In this document: piece after piece, positions 11,788-25,030 of the stretch
Layout of the letters: each line of letters begins with the position of its first letter
Numbering within the stretch: position 1 is the first letter of the stretch
Assembly (NCBI GenBank): GCA_045837725.1
Contig: JBEWZL010000213.1
Location: forward strand, 1 to 64,000
Direction: 5' to 3'
DNA length: 64,000 nt
Source of the DNA: Vermamoeba vermiformis
Lineage: Eukaryota
The notes under the pieces: model-generated
Databases searched by the model: none
Seen by the model: the letters and a program-made list of their open reading frames with translations, nothing else
Told to the model about the DNA's origin: nothing
Position numbers and translations under genes: made by a program

Positions 11788-13167
11788 ATGGGCTGCTTTG
11801 GAAGTAAAGAGAAAGCCGCTCCTTCAAACGGGTCAACACAACTAAAAGAGGTAGGCACCTCTCCAGACTCAGAAAAGCGAGACAAAAAAGCCGTTAGGAA
11901 GAAGAAGAAAGAAAAAACAATATTGCTGCTCGGACCTGGTGAATCCGGCAAAAGTACTCTATTCAAGCAGCTGCAGATCATTCAAGATTCTGGAGGATAC
12001 ACTGAAGCTCAACTACGAGAATTTATTCCTAATATTCGTAACAATATTGTGGCCAATTTGAAGATTTTACTGGATGCTCGAACTTGGATTAAAACCGAAA
12101 CTGACATAGCCGAGGAGAATATGGCTCATGTTAAAGTGCTCGAATCTGCTGGTATTAGTGATTGGAACGATGCTATTGCCGAAGCAGCGGAGAAGATTTG
12201 GGCCGAACCTGCGATTAAAGAAATTTATTCCAAGGTACAAATCCGTTACAAAATTTCTGAAAATTGTAAAAATAGCCATAATTATCACTTAGCCCTCATT
12301 TGGCGTATCTATATAGCCCCTAATTAATTGCATCGAATATTACTATCCCTTATTCCTCAATACCAGTTTATGATCTGATTGTACGGTACAAATGTCGTCT
12401 GAAAAAATTAGAATGACCTTAGTACTGCACAACTTGCGCACTAATAGCATTTACACGATTATGAGAGCTTAAATGCACTAATATGAATAACGTAAATATT
12501 AATTTTCATACCACTACAGGAACACAGTCCGGAGAATTACAACACGAGACACTTTCAAGTCAGCGAGACGTGCGAGTACTTCTTCAACGACATAAAGCGC
12601 ATTAGAGATCGTAATTACTTGCCTACCGCTGAAGACGTTCTTCGCGCGCGTACGCGTACTACAGATGTGATCCGTACTTCGTTCAAGTTCGACGGCATTC
12701 AGATGGAGTTCGTTGACGTCGGAGGACAGCGCTGCGAACGATCCAAGTGGATGCCGCTGCGAGATGAGGCTACTGCTGTGATCTACATTGCGGGCATAAG
12801 CGAGTACGACCAGTTCCTCAAAGAAGACAAGCAGACCAACAGATTGACTGAGGCGCTGGTCTTGTTCGAGGACGTCAGCAATGCGTTCGCGGAAAAGGCA
12901 GTTATATTGTTCTTGAACAAGCACGACTTGTTCGTCGAGAAGATCAAGCGACGTGTGCCGTTGAGGATTTGGGACTACGCCGGCGACAACTCTTACGAAG
13001 ACGTGGCAACATTCATCGAATCACGATTCAGAGAAGCGGCTAACAATCCGAAAGACTTTTACATGCACTTCACCTGCGCTGTGGATACGAACAACATCCG
13101 AACTATTTTTGACGACGTGAAGAGCATCGTGATGAAAGATACTCTTGAATCGATTTTACCAATGTAG
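11788..13167 (+). CDS. Heterotrimeric G protein alpha subunit (exons 11788-12234, 12520-13167)
   Basis: MGC lipidation motif, LLLGPGESGKST, DVLRARTRTT, DVGGQR, LFLNKHD, TCAVDT. Confidence 0.95.
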
Positions 13168-13371
13168 AACATGCTGTTGCATTGTAGTGTAGACTTGAGA
13201 AGCGAGATCTGATGCGTTAAAGATTCTTTGATCTTCTCCATCTGAAAAATAAAATATCAACAAAATTATTATTAAATTAAATAAATTCCTGAGGTAACGT
13301 TCGTACTAACAGATGTAAGAATGAAGTCAAATATAATTTGCGAGCAATATTTACATTATTTACATTCGTAT

Positions 13372-14429
13372 TCAGTTTTGTTTGGTGAAGTACATCTGCT
13401 TCAACTTGTCGTATCCAGCAAGCGTTCCTGCACCAGCAATGGATCGCAGTACATTCGCGCCAGCACCTTTGTACAGTGCGTGTGCTCCTTCTTTTCTAAG
13501 GATCGTTTTAAATGCGTCTGCAGTGCCGCGATACTTGACAGCTTCAGCTGATGTCATCATCATTCGTCGCTGCACGGTGTCGATCGGATAAATCAAATAG
13601 CCCGCGCCGACTGTCACACTCCAGCCCAGCATGAACGCGGTCCAAAAACTGTTCTCCGTGCCTTTCTCAGCATTCAGGACCAGAGGCTTGAGCGTGTCAT
13701 ACACGCCAAAGTAGATCCCGCGGTAGAGACCAGTGCCTACGAGCGATATCATTGCACCTCGGTATAGTCCTCGCGGTCCATCGTACTTGAGCGTCTTGCG
13801 ATACACATCCATCAAGCCATTGAATTGGCGCGGTTTGCCCTCGCGGCTGTTCTTGACATCGCTTGCGAGTCTGGTGCGGCCATAATCGAGTGGATAGACG
13901 AATATGAGTGCCGTGGAGCCTGCTAGAGCACCAGTACCAACATTGGCTGCGAAGAACTTCATTGGATGTTGTTTCCGATCGACCACTGGAAGATGAGCTT
14001 TAAAAAAATCTCTGAAGGCAAAATTAAGCGCTTGTGTGGGGAAGTATCGCAGCACATTCGGCAAGTTGCCACGCCATAGTGCTAAGAAGTTTTCCTCGCG
14101 GACCACTCGAAAAAAACAATCGGCTATTCCATTGTAGGGAGTCGATAGCTTTCCTTGCTTGATCAATTCATTCTATGAAAATAAATTTTTAGATTTTTTT
14201 TGGCATTATTTTTGATTTTAATTTCGGAAGGCGTCAAAAGTTTATCTGTCTAATGCAAGCTTGCCTTGTTTTAACATACCTGATTCTGTAACAATAATTT
14301 TATTCGTTCAGCAGGTGCTGCAGCTGTTTTACCGATCGCAGCAGCGACGCCACCCAAGAGAAAGTTCAATCCAAACTCGTACTTGCTTACTGCGCTTTTC
14401 TTAGCGACAGTGTCTGATTTAGTTTGCAT
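13372..14429 (-). CDS. Mitochondrial ADP/ATP carrier (AAC/ANT family), two exons
   Basis: [70 protein letters not shown]. Confidence 0.93.
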
Positions 14430-14967
14430 GTACTTGTGGTATCCTACTAATACTATTTACTACAACGATCCCTGCTGAAATTGGACTAATTTACGTAGAA
14501 GTCACGTGCTGCTGAATTCAGTTGCTAAATTCACCGACCTTGCTCAGCTGAGTTTGTTCGACAATAGTGCAGTTAACGTTATAATGAGGTCTACAATAAT
14601 ATGGTTAGATAATCGGCACATAATTATAGCGATTGTGGGTAAAGTTAGAACTGCTCGATTGCGCATCCGTCGAGTCTTGTGCTAGCAAGAAAACTTCAGT
14701 ATTCCTAACAAATATATAGCACCGTTAAAGTTAAAAATATTCCCAACGGTATTAGTAAAGCTTTGTTGACTTGTTTGAAAGTACATCTTGTAAACCTGCA
14801 GTACCCCGTCCTGAAAACAGGTCTAGCGCATAATTACATTGCAAAAATATATTCTACGATATTTCTCTAATATTTCATTGTATTGTGTGGCCTTATTTGT
14901 GCCGTCGATAAAGCCGCAAGCTGAAACAGTTTGTCAAAATATCTGAAACACATTGAACAACAGCACA

Positions 14968-17900
14968 ATGGCCGAACAAAAGAAATTCGAATGGCGCGAT
15001 CAAACTGATGGCACTGCAGTCATTGCTGACGACCCTTGGCTCGAGCCTTACGCAAATGTCCTCCGTGCACGGTATGCGATCTGAAAAATTTTTCAATAGA
15101 TCGAGCTCTACGATTATCGTATTGCTGTTATTTTATCGTTCATATAATTGGACTTCCATATTTATTTACCAAGTTGCAATCTTCTTTTTTTGGTGCTGTA
15201 TGAAAATTTCCAATCCGCAATGAAATGAAAAGAAGGGTCTGAAAATCTAGTTTACCGAGAAAATAGCTTATTTACATCATATACAGCAATATTATAACGT
15301 TTATTTAATTCTCCCTGTTTTTGTTGATTTGTGGTTTGGATCCGATCACTTTATTCGAAAGATTTTCAATTAACCCAATTGATTAAACATACAAATATAG
15401 CTAAACAATATTTTATATGTCGCCTTTTATCTTGATTTCTAAAATTGACCCTACCTGATTTATTTAGATCAAAAATCAAAATTGTCAACAAAAAAAATTA
15501 GAAACTAATCAATCGATTAACTAGATATGCTCGATTCAACGAAATCAAGAATCAGATTGAACAAGCTGAAGGCAGCATGCTCGACTTTGCAGGCGGCTAT
15601 AAGAAATACGGTCTCAATCGTGTCGGCAAGTCAATTGTCTACCGCGAATGGGCCCCTGGAGCTCAAGAACTGAACCTCATGGGTGAATTCAGTAAGTATA
15701 TATTAAATATAATTATTTCAGCAACAAAAACTTTGCTGGACGAGATCAAATTTTTTTGGGGACTTGAAATTACTTTGTATTGAGACAAAGAAGCTATATT
15801 AATGTTCTATTTAATAATAGATAACTGGAATTGGCACAGCCATCGCTGCGAGCGCAAAGAGTACGGTGTTTGGGAGTTAGTTTTGCCTGACAACGCGGAT
15901 GGCACTCCAGCTATCAGACACGGCTCTAAGATTAAGGCAAGTAATATACTAAATGAAGTAGAATCTCTTTCATATTGATATACACGCTTTTGCCCGTTCT
16001 TAGCTGATACAACAAATTTTTAAGCGATCGAGTTTTTGACTGGCTGGATGCGCCTTAGACCCAGTAATATAATCGATACTAACTCGTTATTATGCTACAG
16101 ATCGCCCTTAAAACCCCCTCAGGTGAATGGGTGAGTCGTATCCCTGCTTGGTGCCGTTACGTCACGCAAGAGAAAGACAACCCGGTCTACGATGGCGTGT
16201 ACTGGGAATCGCCTCAATATCAATGGAAGAACAAGAAGCCCGCTAAGCCTGAGCGTCTTCGTATTTACGAAGCTCACGGTACGTAAATAACAATTGAAAT
16301 TTCTTGGGTAGTTTTTTTTCGATCGCATCCGAAACTTTTTGCTGACAAATGGATTTGAATAGTTGGTATGGCTGTTGCTGAGGCTCGTCTTGGTACATAT
16401 AAGGAGTTTACTAGAGATATCTTGCCCTACGTTAAGGACTTGGGCTACAACTGCATCCAGTTGATGGCTATTATGGAACACGCTTACTACGGCAGTTTTG
16501 GCTATCAAGTCACCAACTTCTTCGCTCCTAGCAGCAGATATGGTAAGCTACATATTCTAAGCTCAATTTACATCGTTTCTTTCGCTCAAATTATTCTCCG
16601 AAAAATTTCTTCGCAAAATAAAATTGGATCCAGTACGCGCAATAGTAAGAAACGACCATTTTAGCTAATAAAATGTTACAGGTACTCCTGAAGACCTTAA
16701 AGAACTCATCGACACTGCTCACGGCATGGGCCTCACAATTCTTTTGGATGTGGTACACAGCCACGCATCAAAGAACGTAGCTGACGTAAGTTAATTACCT
16801 CTTTATATTATATATGGTAACTAACATATTATTTATCATATTATTAAGGGCCTGAACCAATTCGACGGCACGGATCACTGCTACTTCCACGAAGGAGGAC
16901 GCGGCTACCATCCTATTTGGGACAGTCGCTTGTTCAACTACTCCTCGTGGGAAGTTCAACGCTTCTTATTGTCCAACTTGCGCTATTGGCTCGAAGAGTT
17001 TGGATTCGACGGCTTCAGGTAAATTTTAAACTAAAATTCTAGATTTGAAAAAAGTACCGGATCTGATCGACTTTTTTTCATAGATTCGACGGTGTAACTG
17101 CTATGGTCTATTATAACCACGGTGTTGGCAAGACTCCGATGAGCTACGACGAATATTTCGGCGGTGAAGTCGATCACGAGGCCTTGTTGTATTTGACGCT
17201 GGCCAATCACATGGTCCACAAATATTTCCCCGAATCAATCACCATCGCTGAAGGTACGCTCCTTAATAACACTAGTATAGTACTATTCACATATGAAGGC
17301 ATTACCTTCCATAAAATGTTTTTGTTTTTGGTGAGATCCGTTTGACACTTTCTAACTTTGACACGTGTCACAGAGGTGTCAGGCTTGGCGACGCTTTGCA
17401 GACCCGTTCATGAAGGAGGCGGTGGCTTCGACTACAGACTCGGCATGGGCATCCCTGACAAGTGGATCGAGCTCATGAAAGTGCCTGACGAGCAGTGGAA
17501 CATGGGCAACATCACCTTCACACTGGCCAACAGACGTTACAAAGTAAGTCATTGCCAAATTAGGCAATAATATAGCGACGAGGTCCCGGCTACTCGTTAC
17601 TGACCACACTTTCCTTTTATAGGAAGAGACCATTGCCTATTGCGAGAGTCACGATCAGGCCCTGGTCGGCGACAAGACCATCGCGTTCTGGCTGATGGAC
17701 AAAGAAATGTACTGGGAAATGACCACGCTCAAGCCGCTGCACCCTGTCATTGACCGCGGCATGGCCCTGCACAAGATGATTCGCTTAATGACGATCGGTC
17801 TCGGTGGTGAAGGCTACTTGACTTTTATGGGCAATGAGTTCGGTCACCCTGAATGGATCGACTTCCCCAGATTAGGAAACAACTGGAGGTAATGTTGCCT

Positions 17901-18524
17901 TATATGGAAATATACTATAATTGGTGCTAATAGTATTCATGTGTAGCTATCACCATGCTCGTCGCAGATGGGATCTCGTTCACGATCCGTTGTTGCGTTA
18001 CAAATTTTTGCACGCATTTGACAAGGCCATGATTCACTTAGAAATGGACAACAAGTTCATGAAACACTGGGTACGCTAACAAATTATCTCACGAATTCTT
18101 TTTTTGACACGTGTCTAATGCGCACGTTCAGCATCAATACGTCAGTTTGGCGCACGAGTCCGACAAGGTCGCAGTGTTCGAGAAGAACGACCTTCTGTTC
18201 GCGTTCAACTTCCACCACAGCAACAGCTACAGCGACTACAAGATTGGTGTGGAGTTCCCTGGCAAGTACAAGATTGTCTTGGACTCTGACTGGAAAGAAT
18301 TCGACGGTCACGAGCGTAACGACAGAAACGCAGAATTTTTCACGCGTCCTGAAGGCTGGAACAACAGACGTCACAGCATGTTCGTCTATTTGCCGTGCCG
18401 CACTGGCATCGTGTTCAAGAAGGTCGATGACTTCACTCCTTTCGGTCACGTGTGGCAAGAGCCTAAGAAAGAAACACCGACTGTTCAAACACAAGCTACT
18501 ACTACTCCTAAGATCCAATCTTAA
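14968..18524 (+). CDS. GBE1: 1,4-alpha-glucan (glycogen) branching enzyme, GH13
   Basis: [101 protein letters not shown]. Multi-exon. Confidence 0.97.
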
Positions 18525-18663
18525 TGTGTCATATAGAAGCAATGTATTATCACTGACACACGTCCTGTTGAGGAGTGAGTCAGAACATCGTGCAAATCCA
18601 AAAAATAAAACCAAAACCAACCTTTTTTGTTTAACTTTTTCAATTTATTAATAACACAGATAT

Positions 18664-21508
18664 TTAAATGCAAACCAGTGCATATACAAAAGGCATCAAA
18701 TTGTTGACTACAAGTACAAAAATAAAGGTACGGGTCTTACGGCACATAATCACCTTCAGGCACGGTGTAATTGCTCGGGAACATGCCTGTCTTGCCGTCA
18801 GCTGATTGGCCCATCCACCAGCCTGAGTCGTGCTTCTGTAACACAGTAATACGATCACCCTCGCGCATAAGTAACTCATTAGGCTCCTGTGAAAAATCGT
18901 GTTAGATCTGGCCTGTCAAAATTATTGGCGTGTCAAATACTTACATTGCCCATGTACTCGTACTGCGCAATAACGACTTCAAACTCTTGATTCTCGTCTT
19001 GGTGCTCGTCACGCGGCTGTTCTTCGGTCTGCGCAATGCTGTCCTCGTCAATGCCTTGCAACGGCGAGTGCACGGGCATGCTTTGAGGTTGGGTGGGAGG
19101 CGTTTTACGATTGCCGGGCCTAGAAGGTTAATTACTATCCCGTATGATGAGTGCAATATGAACACTTACTTGGGCGGGGTTGTGTTAGTGTTAGAGGAAG
19201 TTCCTGAAGTTTCAAGGGAGTTAGTTTGGGATCGGTTTCGCGTCGGCACTGGCGGAGGATTAGCAATCGAATGCGGAACTTGTGGCGAAGCAGGTGCGCT
19301 GTTCGTGTTACTTTGAACAGACAACGAGCGATCACTCGTATTACGCGAGACTGAGCGGATGTGACAAATAAATAAAGGGATACATAGATAATAATACACA
19401 GTACATACGCGAAGGGTTACTGCTGCTCAAAGAAGGCGAAGATCCGCCGGTAGGAATAGTAGCAATGTTGTCAGGCTGGGGAGAAAGAGGTCAGATCAAC
19501 AAACAAAAAATAAAAAAGAAAGGGGCGCAACCCGGAATCGAACCGGGACCTCCTGCACCCGAAGCAGGAATTCTGCCACTGAACTATTGCGCCTTGCGTT
19601 GAAAATTTTTTTGGAGGGAGACGAGAGTCGCCAAAAAGGACGGCGTGGACTTCGCGAGAAAGATCTGGACTTACGTTGAACGGGAGGAAGACGGGGACAG
19701 GAGGCGGTGTAGTTCCCGTTTTGTTCGCACTGATCCACTCTTCCATATCTGTATCAATATTCACTGTCCGGAGCTTCTCCGCGACGGCTTCGTGTGACTC
19801 GTTGATTTGTTTCTCCAATGGCTGCAGGACTGATTAGCACCGCGCAAGGCAATAGCCGACATTACCTTTTGAGCGTCAATATATTTCTCTAATGAATGTT
19901 GAACCATTTCCATTCTCGTCTCTTCCAACATTTGTAAGGACTTGCGCGACCAGCGTTAGTCCGTTGATTATAGCAATAAGACTATTAACGACTTACATCA
20001 ACCAATTGCGACAACTTAGTCTCCCAAGCAGGTTGATAGCTGGCTAACTTTTGTACGGTGGCTTGATACTCTTGCTCGGCAGTCTGTTGGTCCTTTTGGA
20101 CTTTTTGAAGTTTTTGCTGACCCTATGTTAACATTAATTCTTTTATTCTATTATGACTGGGGTACCTTTGGCGCAGATTTTGATTTAGATTGTTCGAGTT
20201 GTTTCTCGGTATTAACAGCTTCAAGACACCTCTGATCGTATTTGCCCTTCGCCTGCAGATCCGGTCATTAGTACATGTGCCAGGGCATCACTATGAAGTC
20301 ATATTAATATGATAGTATGTACGTACCCGCGTGATATTAGTGTGCAAATGATTGTACTCGCGCATCAATTCTTTGACTTCAATCAACTGTGTTTTTCGGG
20401 TCTCTTTCTGTTCCTTGGCAAATGTCTCAATAGGGCCGTACACTGCTGCGCGCAATTGATTGGCCATGTTGATGTGGCTCATCGCTATTTTATCCATCTC
20501 AACTTTCACTGCCTCCCATACTTTTTGTACAGATCTGCTCGCAAACACGGGTCAGTAACGAGCCTGAAAATCATCGTGCACCGCGATCAAATCGGGAATT
20601 TCCGGATAATTTCTACGAGCGATAATATTAGCTTGGTTGACACGTACCCGATCTCTTGGAGCTCTTCAACTTTCTTTAAAATTTTCTTGAGTTCTCTGCC
20701 GTAATTTTCTTCGAGTTTGTAGTGTTCAGATACTAATACTAACAATAATTCCATGGCTTTTTTGCCTTGATTCATTTTATTCTCGACGACAAACGCGCCT
20801 TTCTCTCCCTAAATTTAGAGTTCCGTTATTAATATCTTCGTCTGAAAATTCGTGCGGTTGATTACAAGATATTGTGATTCGAATCGTAAAGAAAGACTTT
20901 GGCTTATAATAGCACCGTGATGCTAATTAGCTCGGGCATAGTTTTGGTGTTAATAGTGAAAATGTGGTATAATTACAGGAGGGTTAACAAAAAAAGAATA
21001 TTTGGAATAATATCTTTGGATCCGATCTATAAATCGTGGTTTTAAAATAACGCTTAAAAGTACGACTAAGCGAGAGCTAATATTATAGCCTTGGTTTAAC
21101 CGACTAGCTAGTCATTTTCGCGGGTCATGTTGTGGACGCAGATCTCGCTTAAAAGATCTCCGCAAAATAGACTACTAATTATTGAAATAAATATAAAATA
21201 ATTTATGGTTAAGTTGGATCGGGAGTAAAGTGTAACGATCTTGGAGTCGATCGCGCCAGTTGATTAAATAGAAAGGATAGCTTCGCTTTAAAGTTGTATA
21301 TTTGAGCTCGAATATAACCAATATGATATATTTATGGCAATATAATAACGGAGCTGAATAATCTCGCGAAAGGAGGTTTGATCGGATTGTACCCCCAATT
21401 TATCATACGTAATGAAAAATCGCAATAAAAATGTTATTTCTCGTATATAAATGATATAAATAGACTTACCCAAAAGTTTTGAGAGAATTTATGGCCAGTC
21501 CCGCTCAT
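18664..21508 (-). CDS. F-BAR (FCH) plus SH3 domain protein (PSTPIP/Cdc15-like); 3' end approximate
   Basis: N-terminal FSQNFW, LEENYGRELKKI, QMLEETRMEM, DTDMEEWISANKTG, then a Pro-rich linker and SH3 ..QYEY..EPNEL..EGDRITVL..SGWWMG..GKTGMFPSNY. Confidence 0.88.
19523..19593 (-). tRNA. tRNA-Pro (anticodon CGG), inside intron 19476-19674 of the F-BAR/SH3 gene
   Basis: GGCGCAA TAGTTCAGTGGCAGAAT TCCTGC TTCGGGT GCAGG AGGT CCCGG TTCGATT CCGGG TTGCGCC C. It has a 7-bp acceptor stem, D-loop GG, a 5-bp anticodon stem, TTCGA T-loop and a downstream T-run (Pol III terminator). Confidence 0.95.
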
Positions 21509-22060
21509 CTCTACTATTGTTTTTTAATTTCTCTTTATTTCTTTTGTAATAGTTTGAGCTGCATAATAAAATATTAGTGACTTTATAATATCGCTTATTT
21601 AAACGGAAATTAATTATTAATGAGTCTGTATGCAAATAAACTGTAGTATTGATAAACTAATTTGCTGCTTCGTTGATAATTAATTATACTGCTCATAAAA
21701 TAATAACATTATCTTATAACCATAATTACACAACTTTAACGAACTGCAGCTTTGACCTTATGAAATTTAATTTCGGATGGAGTTGCGCTGCTCGTTGTCG
21801 ACTTACACTTTCCACTACTAACAATGACAATAAGTTGACTTGCAGTTGTGTATAGTCCTAATAATAATACGAAAGGATTAAACGGTGCCACTTTTCCGTC
21901 CAGCCGGAAAACAGATCCATTTATGGAAAATTAAATTTATGACAAAAGTTATGACCGCGCGCTACGAACATTTCGATAATGGGCTTTATTGGTAATTTAA
22001 ATAAAACAACGAGGGGTTGGGTTTCTATTTATAATAAATTATTGTTGCGGTGGATCGAGT

Positions 22061-24374
22061 TTACTGATTAGAACTCTCTAATCTCGTAATCAATTCATCG
22101 CACAATTGGGTCAATTTTTCGTTCTCGGTCAATTTCAAGTTCAGTTGTTGTTCCAAGGTCTTAATTCGGCTTTCTTGTACCTGGACCTTAGCGCGATAAA
22201 CGGCCAAGTCTTTGACCGCCTGAGAACTCTGCGAGACTAACTGATCGTGCTTAGTCTTCAATCCACCGAGTTCTGACTCGAGCAATGTCGTCTTTCGCTT
22301 CAGAGCCTCGTTTTCGTCGAATAATTTATCGAACTTCTCTTTGTTCTGAGAGGCTAAAAGTACATCCGTTAGCAACTGCTAGCTGAGTTTCATTGGAAAA
22401 TAATATGCCTACCTGAGTAATTCATCATCAAGCTCTCGTATTCGTGCAAAACATCGCGGAACTGCTTAACCATTCTGTTGCGGATCTCCTCCAAGTCGCG
22501 CTCGTTGAAAGATTTGCTGTAGATTTCTTCAAACTTAGCCTTCTTTTGCAAGTTCATCAATTCTCCTCTCTGAGCGTCGTTCATAACATCAGTAAACAAA
22601 AATTCATCGAGTGTCTTGGAAGGCGTGGACGATCTAGCCGCGGTGTTGGGTGACCTGACTTGAGCGGCTTGTTTCAACTGGGCCTGTTGTTCGCGGAGCT
22701 GCAGTAACCGTTGTTGTTGGTCGAGTTGTTCCTTTTGTTGTGCCAATAGATTCTCTTGTCGCTGTTGTGTCTGTTGTTCCTTGACCTTCAACGGATCAGC
22801 TCCGAATCCGTTATCCCTGAGCTTGGTCAATTGTTCAGCCTCGAAGGACTTCTTCTCAGCCTCGAGCTGTTGTTGCCTCAGTAACAGCTGTTGCAAATCT
22901 TCTGTAGGCTTAGGTGTGCTGAAAGCGTCAGTTTGAGGTGCGTGCACGGGTGTGGCGGGGATGTTGGGCTTGGGCTTTTCAACGACAGGTTTAGGTTCTT
23001 CAACGACAACCTTGGGTTCCTCGATAACAGGCTTGGGCTCCTCGACGACAAAAGTAGTGGGCTCCTCGACCATAGGCTTGGGTTCTTCAACGACAGGTTT
23101 AGGCTCCTCAGGCTTGGGCTCCTCGACAACGGGCTTGGGTTCCTCGACTTGAGGTGCGAAAACCTCGACTGGCTTAGGCTCCTCAACAACAGGCTTGGGC
23201 TCTTCGACAACGGGCTTGGGCTCTTCGACGTGATTTGTCTTAGCTTCCAGAGCAGCCTTGATCTCGCCCATATCTTGCGACTGGCTCGTGTTTGGTGTGC
23301 CTGACAGCGAATCAGGAATGCCAACGCTGAGCTCAGGCTTGGCTTGTCTTTGTTCTTTAATTCTTGCTCGCAATTCATCACGACGCTTCTTTTCTAATTC
23401 TTGTCGTTGTCTAGAAGAAGAAAGGTCAGCCCGCGTTAAAACTTGTTCATTTGTTTCGTGCAACTTACCGTTTCTTCTCTTCTTCCTCAGGAGTGAGCGT
23501 TTTAACGGCAGCAGGTTTTGGTGCGCGCTTAACAGGAGCAACAGGTTCGATGGGTGCAGTGTCGTTCTCCATCTCCTTCATGAAGTCTTGCCAGCTCGGC
23601 ATACCAGAGTTATTTCCTCCCGAGAGGGGCTTGATGGGAATCTCCTCGACAGGTTCTTCTGGTTTTGGGGCATCAGTGGCGGGTGTTGGCTCGGGTGCGC
23701 TTTCAACAGGCTTCTCAACAACGGGCTCAGGAGTTGTTTCTTGCACTGGTGCCTCGACGGGTGTGGGCTCGGGTTCGGGCTCAGGAGCCTTAACTTCGAC
23801 GGGAGTGGGTTCAGGCTGTGCTTGCGGTTGAGGTGCAGCTTCACTCGTGCCATTGGAGGTGTCAGGAACCTCTACTGGAACGTCGACTGCGACGGGCTTA
23901 GGCTCGGACTTGGCCTTTTGCATTAAGGCACGCAACGCAGCTCTGTTCTTCTCCTCTTCTTCTTTGCGTTTTCTGCACGAGCAGTGTTACAATCTTGATA
24001 TTTGACAGGTTTACAGTGACATTTAAAGCCTACTTACCGCTTTTTTTCTTCCTCTTCTGGTGTCAATGCCTTTGCCGCTGCAGGTGCTTTTTTGACCGCA
24101 CGCTTGACTGTAGTTTTTTTCTATAGGCATAGTGTAAATAACAATAAAAAAGTATATGTTGATAGTATTTGTGACTTACGGGTGGGGGAGGTGCGTTTGC
24201 CTCGTCCTCTTCCAGCTGTTTCATAAAATCAGCCCAGCTAGGCATGCCGTCGCCTCCACCTATAATATTATTAGTATTATAAGGAAAGCAAGAGTTTGCA
24301 CGAGAATTACCTCCGGAGATAGGCTTGGGTGGCGGTAAGTCCTCGATCTGATCTTGAGGTGTTTCTTCCGACAT
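22061..24374 (-). CDS. TACC-domain coiled-coil protein with Pro/Glu-rich repeats
   Basis: The C-terminus ESRIKTLEQQLNLKLTENEKLTQLCDELITRLE resembles the TACC terminal signature (EQK..ENEEL..ICDEL). It follows a long P/E/V low-complexity region. Confidence 0.75.
22960..23230 (-). repeat. Coding tandem repeat, ~21-bp unit encoding (V)VEEPKP, about 10 degenerate copies
   Basis: Repeated ggcttgggctcctcgacaac-like units, translating as EEPKPVVEEPKPVVEEPKP... Confidence 0.9.
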
Positions 24375-25030
24375 TAGAGCAAATTAACTAAATATGATAA
24401 ATATTAATATCAGTACTGCATTATTACAGAAATTTGAGTTGAGATCAATCAAATTTTTTTTACAATTTAACTAAATAATTAACGCTGGCGGTATATTATA
24501 TAAATCTCGTGTCATATTGCAATTTTAAGTGTTATTATAATTGAGGACAATTATTAATGTTATATTTAATTTTTGACGATCGAAAAGAAGAAGCGTAACA
24601 ATATCTTTCTCGCATTCTCCATATATTTTGTGGTCTTGTCCTATATTTTTTGATCGTCATATAAATATTTTCGTTGCTTGGTGTAATATCATAAATCTGT
24701 CGTAAAACCGCCAGCTTCCTACGTCTTCTTGTCTGAATATCCACAATGCTGATAACACTTACTATTATGATAACAACTCGCGTGCGGTAACAAAAATAAA
24801 GAAAATCTGCCTTCTGCTGGATGTAAAAAAGTTGGCGCGCATTTTTTTGTTTGAGGACAAACGGTATCTTCCGCGCTGTGAGAACTCCAAAAATGCAATA
24901 ATCACAACTTTCTAGTACAAGAATTCAACGACTTACTTATTGTCAACTAACACGGCTTTTTTCTGAACTTTCCACGCATCCAAACGATCCACTACACGAC
25001 ATGGCAAGAAATGCTACAATTTATTCACAT

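Noticed and set aside
22960-23230. Possible CRISPR-like array
   Set aside because: Contiguous degenerate 21-bp coding repeats with no unique spacers, in a eukaryotic context.
22878-23926. Long overlapping alternative-frame and antisense ORFs
   Set aside because: By-products of stop-poor Pro/Glu repeat coding sequence in the TACC-like gene.
24535-24744. 69-aa minus-strand ORF in AT-rich intergenic DNA
   Set aside because: Non-ATG start, no recognisable features; consistent with a chance ORF.
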